Shown: positions 11,601-22,704 of the stretch, piece after piece
Layout: each line of letters begins with the position of its first letter
How positions within the stretch are numbered: position 1 is the stretch's first letter
Origin: Camelus ferus
Lineage: Eukaryota
Direction: 5' to 3'
Length of the DNA stretch: 64,000 nt
Assembly (NCBI RefSeq): GCF_009834535.1
Contig: NC_045696.1
Location: 54,562,001 to 54,626,000 of the forward strand
Notes under the pieces: generated by a model
Told to the model about the DNA's origin: nothing
What the model saw: the letters and a program-made list of their open reading frames with translations, nothing else
Databases searched by the model: none
Program-made: the position numbers and the translations under genes

Positions 11601-14600
11601 GTTTCTATGGAAAGAGAAAAGCTATCTTAAATTAAGCCATAAATAAACTGTGATTGCTCAATCTGGCCAACACCAGTTGGGTCAAAAATAAAGGGTGATT
11701 TTAAAATAACCAGATTTATTTCCTGTGTAATTTTTAATGTAATTATACCCCCCAAAAAAGTATCTCTGTAATATGAGCAATAACAGCATTACTAGAAAAG
11801 TGATCTGGACATCTACAATAGTCATTTGTATGTATATGTCCTAGTTTACTTATTCAAGCCTTAATCTCCTTATTTGATGGTCTTATCTTCTAATTGCCTG
11901 AGCTGGGAAGAGGCTGAAAATTAAATCTGTAATTCTTGAAGGTGAATCCAAAAGACATTGGCCCTTGAGTGTTTTCCAAAAGGATGACTAGAGAATTAAT
12001 ATAGTAGGCACACAATGCATGAGGAGCTGAAGGGTACAGCAAGCAGTGAAGGCATCATTCCATAACAGTACAGTCAGTAGGCAGGCTAGGATCAGAAGAA
12101 GCCATTTGCTTTGCGTTTGTCCATGACCAAGGGTCATTTTCCATGTGCGTAAGATAGAACTCACAATGCCCAATTCACACAGATGTTGTAAAGACCAAAA
12201 GAAAATACTATTCATCATTGTCTGGCTTATAGCAAGCATACAGTGTGATTATCTTCCCTTCCTTCTCATTGAAACTCACCCATGTCTTGTTCACCAGGAA
12301 AAAATTCCCTGAGAGTAAAGGCAAATGCAAAATACACCAACAGCTAATCTACACTTAAGAGTCAGCCTTCCAAGATTGAGAATTCATATCAGTCTGCGAG
12401 ATAAGTATACCTATGGTCTCTAATTTAGAGAAAAATGGAAGTGGAACCAAGGACCAGGGTGAAAAAAGTGATGGTGTCTTGACAGAGTGGCTTCATCATT
12501 TTGCTTTAAGTGGTACAAAGCGGTATGGTGTTCCTTCACAAGAGATATAACCACCACAGAATGGAAACATACATGCTCCCCCTCACCCATTTCAAAGTTG
12601 GAATTGTGGGATCTGGTAACCACTCACATGGACGTGCCTGAACGCTATGCTGAGTCCCCTGGAGAACAAACAATGTCAACAGAACTCTCTGCTACAAAAC
12701 TTTTTGTTATATATAAAGAGGCCTCTTGCCTCATGACTCTGTCTCTCCGGAGGTGTCTTCCCAGAGGAAGACTCAGCCTAAGCAGAGAAGCAGGGGGAGA
12801 AGAGACTAAACAGGAAACACATTAAGAGTGAGACCCAGAACAGATGACAGATACAAATGGCACTTTCTTCATCTTTCCATTTCACACTTGGATCGCTTCA
12901 ACGTTGTATGGCTCCTTCCACCCTCTGCCCCACCTCCTGTAAATGTTTTATGTAAGGTCGGCTATCGGTTGTGTGGGCAAGATGAACATGACAGGCACGC
13001 TGCCAACACTCACCCCGAGGAGGGGCTGGCAAGGCCACAGCCCGAGAGAATGGACCAGAATCACGTCAACACACTTTTCCTAAGGTAAACTGGAATAGAA
13101 ACATCAGACAGTAAGACACTGATGCATAGGCATTGTGTGCAGGGGCTGAATATACTGTTGCTTTTGAAAGGACTGTGGACCAGAAACTGCCTGTCACAGT
13201 TACTGATTCTCTGGGGGGCAGGACAGAGGCAGGAGTGACAGAACCACCTATCAGCCACAACAGAGATGATGGATGAGCCAGAAAAACCAGGCAGCGAAGC
13301 CCAGCCTCTCTCCCAAATCCATTTGTTATTTCCTATCTCTCTCTGTCTCTGTCTCTGTCTCTTTCATACTGCAGCTAATCAGTAGTGATAGATGAGAGTG
13401 GATGCTCACTCCTTCCTGCAAGCACCCAAATGCAAGTTCTCTCCTTTGTCACCAGGTCTAACATTCATTTCTCAATGAGTCCTTTATTCAAATAAGAAGG
13501 GAGCAGGGCCTTATCCTAAATTGACTGTTGATGCAAGAGTCCTGAAGTGTTGGAAAAAAGGTAGGAAAGGAAGGCAAGATCAAAAAGTGTCATTGTTTGG
13601 CTGAGAAAGGGACAGAGAGAAAGCATTTTCAGGAGAATTGCACTGAGTAATTAGGGTTGAATGTTGAAAAGGAAGTTCAAATAAAAACATAGCAAAATTA
13701 GAGAGCTGGGAGTAGTATGATCTGGCAAGAGTCTAGCACTCTGCGCTGTGTCCCCTTTTGCATTGGATGTAGTCATTCCAATCGACTTATTAAGGCAGAC
13801 CAGTCATGAGAGTGCCTGGTGTTTACAGGACTCTGTTGTTTGCATGGCTGTACTGATGACCCACTTAAATGGAAATGGATGAATTTCAGAACAAATCTCA
13901 TTTTTATTTACCATCTTCAACAAGGACAAGCCAGTGAGTAAAGCGGTAAAATTAAGACTATGGCTGAGTCTGCATAAATATGGTGAGGCCAGAACATTCA
14001 TTGCTTCACATTGGCTGAGATTCATTTTTAGAACCAAACCACATGGTGGACTCTCAAAACATTGGATCCTGTATCCACATGTAAGGCCAAAACAGCCTCA
14101 CAAGAAACTGTCAGACTGAATATTTTGGTCCTAATAGATTCGGCTGTGCACACTGGGATCATTTTTAATCAGGGGGTCTAAGGTCTGAGGATGGCAACGT
14201 TGTTGAGAATAATAGTGATGACAAAAAGATCTTGTCACCCCGATAATTATGACAACCACGATGCAGACAGACTTGGAAAACGGGATCTCTCAGGGTCTCC
14301 TCTTTCTCAGTGAACTCCTCTAAATTGATTTAAAGAATTTAGTGGCCACTTTTCCTAAAAAGGACTCTATACCTCCAAACCTCAGAAGCAGTACTCCCTA
14401 ATAACTAAAATCTGTTCCCAAAACTACCTTTTCAATAGACACTTCAGGACTAGGCTTCGCTACTAGAAGGCAGGCTTCCTACATTGCAAGCAGGCATCCT
14501 TCCATTTATATATAAGCATTGCTGAATAAAATATGGAAAAAAGGATTTGATCATCTTAATTGGCACCACCTCATTAAGATAATCGCATAAAAGCCATAGA

Positions 14601-17600
14601 GATAGCCCTACTGAATATGAATTCATTGAAATTATTATCAGATTGTATCAGATTATCCAGAAGACCAAATTTTTATATCATTTTATTTGAAAAATATTAA
14701 TATCAAGGAAAACATACGTTCTTACCTAGAATTAAAATGTACATCTCTATATTCCAGAATTTATATTGGTTTATACACAGTTTATATTTCTGTAGTCATA
14801 GTATATGTATATTATAATACGAATCCTGACACCTAAATACACAAAGATGCTAGGGACGGATGGGTGGTGCCTCTCACCCCTGGTACTGTTCCTAAACTTA
14901 AATTGCATTATTACCTATAGTATATAAGATGCTCAAACTGGTTCCCCTGATAACTAGAATACTTCTGTTCACTTAAACTGTCAATTTGGCGGCATTAATA
15001 TTGCTTTTAAAATAATACTTTTTAAAAAATGCACTGATATTATTAGGGAAGTAAAACTGGAAAAAATCAATTCAGTGCCATAAATTAGAAAAATGAATGA
15101 AGCCCTTTGGGGATTGAAACTATCAGTACCTGACTATCTGTTAGCCTAGAGTCAACATCATCTTCTTTCCCAGTTATAAAATAGGTGCTGCAAATATTAC
15201 CCTGAAAACAGGTATGACTACGCAGTTGAAATAACTAGATGATGTTCCCTTTGGTACAGTTATTTAAATTGCTTCGGCAGCCACATTTTCAGCCCAAATT
15301 ATTTTGCAGCAATCGACCTTTATAAAAGAAGAAAAAGAACCAACTATAAGGCTGACAATTTGATTACCACCTTATACTATAATCCATGTTCAGGAGTGAC
15401 CTAGAGCTCTCATATAAATTGACTCTTTAGACTGAGAATTCTTTTTTTTTTTTTCAAGCCATAAATATATAAACAGATCATTTAACATTCAGGCCCTAGA
15501 CTGTCAAATGACTTTCCAATTCTTGATTCAATGGATTATTATTCAATCCTAAATGTTGCTTTAATTACATAGAATACATTTGGAGAATTATTTCTCTGAA
15601 TGAGTTTCAGGAATTGCTACCAGGCAGTGATTTTCTTTCCTTGTTCTATCAGAATGGCCTTCTCTCCTGGGAAAAGCAGATAACCTACCCAAGCAGCACC
15701 GACCTATGAAGGCACAATCCTTCAGCTGTTGTAGCCTGAAGGCACACATGTTTGGATAAGTATCGACACTTCACCCTTCATCAATGCTAAAATTTAGTGC
15801 GGAGTTCCTACAATAAAGGCTTATGTCTTCGGCCTTTTTCTTATTAATCCTATTACGTTTGTCTTTATGAGCTCTCCTAGTTCCTCTTACTCCCTCCGGG
15901 GCTTAGCTGCAAATGAGATTTCACATCTCAGTGTAAAATAACCCGAACATTTTTCTATAAAATTAAATAAAAGTCCTCCATCCTGGCACTACATGCTTAG
16001 AATCCAATTTCTGGAACCAATGTCTTTCCCAACGCCTCATTGTCTTCTTTGCCATCTCACTTTTCTTAGCACTGAGGACCTTTTTTTTTTTTTTTTTTTT
16101 TTTTTTCTTGCTTTTGCATTCAGATGATTTATTATTGTGGGAAGGAAGACAGCAGTACTGGATGGTGAGAGAAGAGGGAGGCAGAAGCCTGGAGTTCTGG
16201 GACAACTTTTCTGAAGACATTGCATGAGTAAGATTCAAAGCTAGTTGTCTCTCACAGCTCATGAGGTTCATAAACAATCTGTTCTTTACACCTTTTACCC
16301 AGTCTCTGTTTCTCTGTAACAGTCTGTGCCAAACTTTCAGTGTGAACTAGCCATAAAAAATAATCCTTCAAAGTTTCCCCTTAAAAAGGGCATTAGAGTT
16401 TCGAAAAAGGAGGCAACCCAGGGGGGAACAAAAAGTCCTGGGCACACTCTGAAAGGCTTGGCCCTTTCAAGGAGTCTCAAGGGCCAGAAGGTTCACGTCC
16501 TAATGGAACTAGGTCCAATCACACAAGTCGACCAAATGTCAGACCTCTCAGGAGCCCCTCAAAGTGTTCCATCCAGGTATGATTAAAGGTAAAGAGAATT
16601 GTTCACTTTTTCTGACTCCGGGTAGAATTCATTTCTCATCAACAATAATTTTTTAAATAACAAAAGAAAATCATTTATTTAAATATTTTACATCACCTTC
16701 AAGAGCTTGTTTAAATTTAGATGGCAGGTGCAATGTTAATAAAATCCAACTTTCTGAAGCTTTCCTTATGTTTAAAATGGCAATAAATAGCAATGATATG
16801 CACATGAAAAATATCAAGTAGATCATAGTTGGGGAGAGTGTGTTAGATCGTCATCCTAAACACATCCTGAGCCAAGAAGAGACTCCATATTTTTTTTTTA
16901 GATTTCAGGAATTACTTTGGAGAAGATCTTTCACACCCTCTGAGCCTAATATTTTTAATCACTTAAAAAAAGAGGAGAATCTCTATAGACACAAAAACAA
17001 ATGACTTCTTTAGGTAACATTAGGTAAGAAGCAGTTAGGTGAAAGGTACCAGGGGGTGCTCAGGACTGATGTAAACCAGACTTTACCTTTACATCTTAAC
17101 CTAAAGATGTTTACATGCTGAAACAAAACTATATAAAATTCATGGCAAACAACTTAAAGCTGCTGGCCACTCGTTAGGAAACCTTCAAAGCAATGAAGCC
17201 TAAAGCTCCTAATATCCGGTGATTCTACTGTAACATATTTCTTCTGGAAATGAGAAATAACTGGGGAATAAGGACTGGACGATATAAATTTTAGACATCT
17301 CTAAAGTTTCCAAATGTCTAAGTTTTAGACATTTCCAAAGTTAGTGGGATTAAAATAACCCACTAACATTGGACTAGGCTTACTAGATTATTTTTCCTTG
17401 GGATCTCAATCCAAAATTGTATAGGGTTCTGGTTGGATTTAAAAAAAAAAAAGATTCTTACTGTAAACAACCTTCTTTTATAGAAAACAGAATCTTACTG
17501 AGAAAAGTACCATCATTAATTAGGAGAAGTAATCTAGCCATGATGATTTCATATGAAGGCGGCTGAATGTATAAAAGGGGGGCTGACTGCATATGCAGAA

Positions 17601-17994
17601 GGCTCAGAAAGGGTACTTGGAAATGTAATGTGAATATATATGTTACTGACATTTTCTCTATCACACTATAAGCAAAGTGAAGTACACTGAGAATACATCA
17701 TGGAGAAGAGATTTCAGTTGCTTTGTAAATGACCATATTCAAAAACAAAGCTACCATATTCAACAGCAAATCTATTTTCATGACACCACCTCCAGAGAGA
17801 TATTTTAATTTTGTTTATGCAAACTCATAGAGAATATATCAGGCCTAAAATTGGGACATGTCCAATCAATAGTGATCATTTTCTAAGCATCAATAGCCAA
17901 AGTGGTTCTAGACTTCATTGATGGGATGGCATAATTACATCACCTTTTGGAATTTCAAAGACAGTTTTTTTAAAAAGGCTTTGGTAAAAAAAAA

Positions 17995-17998
<4 letters not shown>

Positions 17999-18045
<47 letters not shown>
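17999..18045. repeat. (AT)n microsatellite, ~23 units
   Basis: Perfect AT run seen directly. Confidence 0.97.
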
Positions 18046-18048
<3 letters not shown>

Positions 18049-18539
18049 GTTCTCTTCCTTTGGTATTTCTCCTGGAATGAAAAAGAAACCTCTAAGACTC
18101 CTGATGGATTTACAGATGTCCAGTGATGACTGTACTAGCCTATCACGATTCTGTGTCTCTTCACAGAACAGAAGACACTCTATGTTGATTTGGCCTTTGT
18201 ATAAAAGAAGGTCACTTTGGCTCTTAAGTCTAGAACCAATGTGTTAAGCAAGTGCAAACTTGAGTTTCTATCTCAAAACTGACAGTTTATACTGCTTCTG
18301 GGTGAATCCCTACTTTCTATCTGTCAACTCTCTGAAGGCAAGTACAATTTTCAGGGGTTCCTGATCGACTAGCACATGAAGTCAAATTGCTTTGCCCAAC
18401 CTTTTTAAAAGTCTTTCATCACCTGACCTTATTCTATCCACCTTCTAAACAAGTCAGGTTCATATATATCACCTTTTGTGGCATACACTACATCTATAGT
18501 CCAAACCCTTTCTTCATATTGTTCCTCTTTCTTAGTATT

Positions 18540-18860
18540 CTCTTGTCTTTTTACCCAATGAAATACCAGCCACCCTCTAGCTCAAGTTCAAATTCACCCT
18601 ATTCTCTAAAGGCTTAGCTGACAACCCCAATCACACCTGGTCTCCTCTATATTTCTATAGGACACAATTTATATATCCCAAACTTACCAGAAAGTATATT
18701 CCACCTCTTTAAATATTTTTTTTCCCTTCTCTCCCCAAGTATCTTGTGATCTCCTTGCGGACTGGGCTCACATATTATAACTCTTCTCAATATCTCAATA
18801 TCTCTTCTCAATTATCTCCACTCTCTAATTGTATAGTGGGTTTTCAAAATGAACTGACTG
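18540..18860 (+). mobile_element. L2 3' region fragment
   Basis: ctcaagttcaaattcaccctattctctaaag...cttgtgatctccttgcggactgggctca...aaaatgaactgactga resembles the L2 3' end. Confidence 0.5.
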
Positions 18861-20754
18861 AAAAAAAGTGGTCATTGAAGATGAAATGATGAATATTTTA
18901 GGAAACTGGTTTTTGCCAAACAATTAGAAAAGAATATATCTGTTTATGATAACATATAGAACAGTTCAATATTCAAGAGATGTTAAAAAGCTTGCTTGGA
19001 ATGGGCAGGAGACTGAGAGGTGATGTGCTGAGCCTTCTTTGGACTGATGGACCAGTGGAACCTTTCCTAACTAGAGATGGTCATCTCCTTAGAATGGATT
19101 GATATGAGCAATTAAAATCAGATAGCCTTTGCTTCAGATACAGTTTGCACTATATTGAGACAGCCCTCTTTCTTTGACTGTAAAACACCTGAGAAATTAA
19201 CAAAATGGATGTTAAACAGATACACAAGACAAAGGCAGTTTCCTCGTTGAAGGAGGAAGTGAAAAGATCTGATCCCCTCACATTCCTCAAAGTGAACTTC
19301 ACTCTTGTGTAGACACTAACATGATTCCTATTTTGCAATTATATCCAGTTCTGAAGAAGCTTCCAAGATTTATTACTCATGTTTAAAAAAACCACACAAC
19401 TGTATATTCACCAAATTTAGCAAAAGGAAACAAGTACCAAAATAAACTCATTTTAGGGTTTGCAAATAAAAAATGCATTAAAAATATGTCTCTGAAATTC
19501 CACCTTGCTTTGGGGAAAAAAAAAAACACAGCACCTTTCTAGATTATGTGACCTCCTGGATCTCCACATTAATGAAGCTTGAAGATTCCTCCTTTCAATT
19601 GAGATGGCTGTTTGCCTTCCTGCTGAATAAAGATTTCCTCAACTTAATTATCAAATGTGGATGCCCTGATATTGAAATAAAAAGGGTAAGGTAATATTGG
19701 TTAAGCCATCCCTGTGGGGGTTCTTTCAAACTTGCTGCTGCTAACACACAACTGTCTTGAACAGAAGCCAGACCCAGTTTAACTAATTTTACATTTAGGT
19801 ATTAATAATGCATAATAAGCCATGTCTGATATGACAAATTGCAATAACTATTAAACCATTTGCCCATCCAATATATCTGATTAATCATGACACACCATGT
19901 GACAAAGACAAACCTCTCATTTTTTTTTTTCTAACAAGAAAGCTAAGTGAATTGAAAAATAGACTAAACCCAATATTTCTCATTGGTATTAATGAACCTG
20001 AATCCAGCTTCCCATATTGCCTTAGCAGGGAGAGGGGAAGAAATCCTGTTACTTCCTTCTTTCAATTCTCCTTTGTGCCCATCCAGCTCCTGAGTGAAAG
20101 ATAACGCTACCTCACAAACATGTTTGTGTTGGAGGCACTCCTCTCCACGAATGCAGGGAGCTGAATAGATTGTGCCTTAAAAATCTCAGAGGAAAATCAA
20201 GTATAGCCTGTCAATGGTTTTACACTTAACAAAGACTCCTCTACTGGGTCTCTTGAGTGGAGTTCCACAAGGACAAATGAAGAATGAATTTCAAGCATTC
20301 CAAGAAGTATCTAAAATGGTACCGAGGGTTGTCAAAAGCAAAGTATCCAATCGTTCACACTGCAGCAGTGGGAAACAGCCTGGACACAATATCAAAAGTC
20401 TGCACCTTTTCTGCAAACACTGCTGTCACTGAACTGGAATTTGCCATTAAAACACCTACACAAACCAAAACTTGAGCACACACGCCCCCTGTTTTCCCCA
20501 ATGTCATCTTGCCCCTCATGTTTGTAGGTATAAAAATACTTTGATTATTTTTAAAAAGATATATGCTGCTTTATTGTCTATTTGGTGTTTCTAGGAGAGC
20601 TTAGCTATTTGGACAATGAAATCATAAAGTAAACTCAGCTGCTTATTGAAGCCTTCCCTAACTGTGTATGAAATAGTAAAATATCAACAGCTTCCATGGG
20701 ACAAGTTTTCGAAACCCCAACATAGATGAAAAATATTCTCATTCTGGGTCACCT

Positions 20755-20890
20755 TTGGACAACTTACTGATCCCTCTTTTTGACTCAGTTTTCACACTGA
20801 CAAAATAAAGATACTAATAGTATGTTTTTACTAATATTAAACAGTGCCATCACAAAGTGAACCAGGGTTCATAAGTATTACCCATTATTA
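20755..20890 (+). mobile_element. MIR fragment
   Basis: ttggacaacttact...tgactcagttttcacactgacaaaataaagatactaatagta. Confidence 0.65.
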
Positions 20891-20897
20891 ATATTAT

Positions 20898-21512
20898 TGT
20901 GGGTGAACAGACCCAAAGGCAACCCCAATGATCCTGACTGCTGGTGTCCATACCTTTGTGTAATCCTGTTCCCTTGAGTTTGTGCAAGACCTCTGATGTG
21001 CATCTAACACAATATGGCAAAATGATGGGATGTCATTCCTGTGATTAGGTTATATTACATAGCAAGGGTGATAAGAAATGCCACTTCTATCATTACATCC
21101 CATTATATAAGATCCCATTTTCGGGGACTCTTTGTGGGCTTGATGAAGTAAGCAGCCTTGCTGGGAAAACCCACATGGTCAGGAACTAAAGGACAGTCAT
21201 GAGGAAATGAGGGCAGTCTCCAGTCAATAGTCAGCAAAAAGTTGGGGCCCTAAATAATACAGCTATAAAAAAATGAATTCTGCCAACAAACTAAAAATGC
21301 TTAAATGTGGTGTATTCTTTCCCAGTTGAGCCACCAGAGAGACCACAATCCACATGGCAAAATGCCTGCAGTCCTCATGAGACCCAAGCAGGGGACCCAA
21401 CTAAGCCAAGCCCAGTCTTCTGACTCACAGAAACTGTGAGATAATAAATGTGTGTTGTTCTAAGATGCTACATCTGTGGTGATTCATTATACAGCAATAG
21501 ATAACCAATATA
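20898..21512 (+). mobile_element. ERVL-MaLR solo LTR (MLT1E/F-like)
   Basis: Starts tgtggg; internal ttgtgtaatcctgttcccttgag and aatgaattctgccaacaa; diagnostic end cacagaaactgtgagataataaatgtgtgttgttctaag...acagcaatagataaccaata. Confidence 0.88.
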
Positions 21513-21639
21513 ATTGAGTATAGCAAAACGTGAGGTAACGTGTAGAACCCACTTCTTAAATAAAGAAAACACTGCCTAAGACTTTTGAATTGACATTAAA
21601 CAGATGAGAGAAAACTTGAATTGCCTTAAACATTTTACA

Positions 21640-21820
21640 GAACTTCAAGGTGCACTTTAGAAGTGATCTGGTCCAAACCCTCTCTTCGATCATCTTGCAG
21701 ATCAAACAAGCAAGCTCTAAAAAGTTTAAATGGCTGGTTTGAAGTCATGTGACCAGCTAATTGTGGAGCTAGAACTTGAACCCAAGTCGTTCGAACTAAT
21801 GTTTCTTATTACCACACTGT
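21640..21820 (-). mobile_element. MIR/MIR3 fragment
   Basis: ctttagaagtgatctggtccaaaccctc...ccagctaattgtggagctagaacttgaacccaagtc. Confidence 0.65.
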
Positions 21821-22461
21821 CCCCAAAGCTCTGATTTCCCATTTTGGTGAGACTTGGTTGATTTTGAGATAGTAACATTTATATCAAACATAGAGCAAAG
21901 ATCAATGTTGACTAGCTTTTAGATGATCATCTGACTTAATAATTACACAACTCCATCTGCAGTTCACTTAGTATCATTCTAGTATGTTTTGTTTTCAAGG
22001 TAACATTGGGTTGATGTGGTATCTGTCAAACCCCGACTGTATGGGAAACACAGTAAAAATCTGGTAAATGAGGTAAATGCAGAAAAACAAAGGCTCTGTC
22101 AGAGAGTATAAAAGCATTGAGATAAAGGGTAAAAGGTTCAGTTAATCCATGAAAATGTCACCATCCACTTGAGACCTTAGTCTGTGACACTTAACCTTCA
22201 GACAAAGTGTCAAATGGTGCCAGCAGCCAGAATGGCTAAATCAACCTGCATGATGAGTGTTGTAACAGATGCTATAATCATATTGCCTGTACACTCAAGT
22301 CAAATGATGTGACCATACTAAAATCAGAATGTAATTCCAAATAGCATATTTTGTCCCAATTTTCATAGTCGTTGATTAATCAGTTCTCCCTCTAATTTAA
22401 AAGGTTGAAAATTTCTCCATTTCCCACTTGACCACACACACACATCTCCCCAGATGACTAA

Positions 22462-22704
22462 CTTCTGTAGATCTAATGTACAACAATGTGACTAGTTAAT
22501 ACTGTATTGTATACTTGTCAATGCTAAGTGTTCTCACCATGGGAAAAGAAGAAAAAGGTAAATATGTGAGGTGATAGATATGTAAATTAGCTTGATTATG
22601 GTGATTCTTCCACTATGTATACGTATATCAGAACATCAAAGTTATACTCCTTAAATATATACATTTTTAAATTGTCACTTATACCTTAATAAAGCTGGGT
22701 AAAA
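22462..22704 (+). mobile_element. Old eutherian L1 3' end (L1MA9/10-like)
   Basis: ttctgtagatctaatgtacaac, tatgtgaggtgatagatatgtaaattagcttgattatggtgatt, ataccttaataaagctggg match L1MA 3' termini. Confidence 0.85.

Noticed and set aside
15963..16277. Lys-rich ORFs resembling nuclear localisation signals
   Set aside because: The poly-Lys comes from translating the poly(T)/poly(A) run at 16081-16106.
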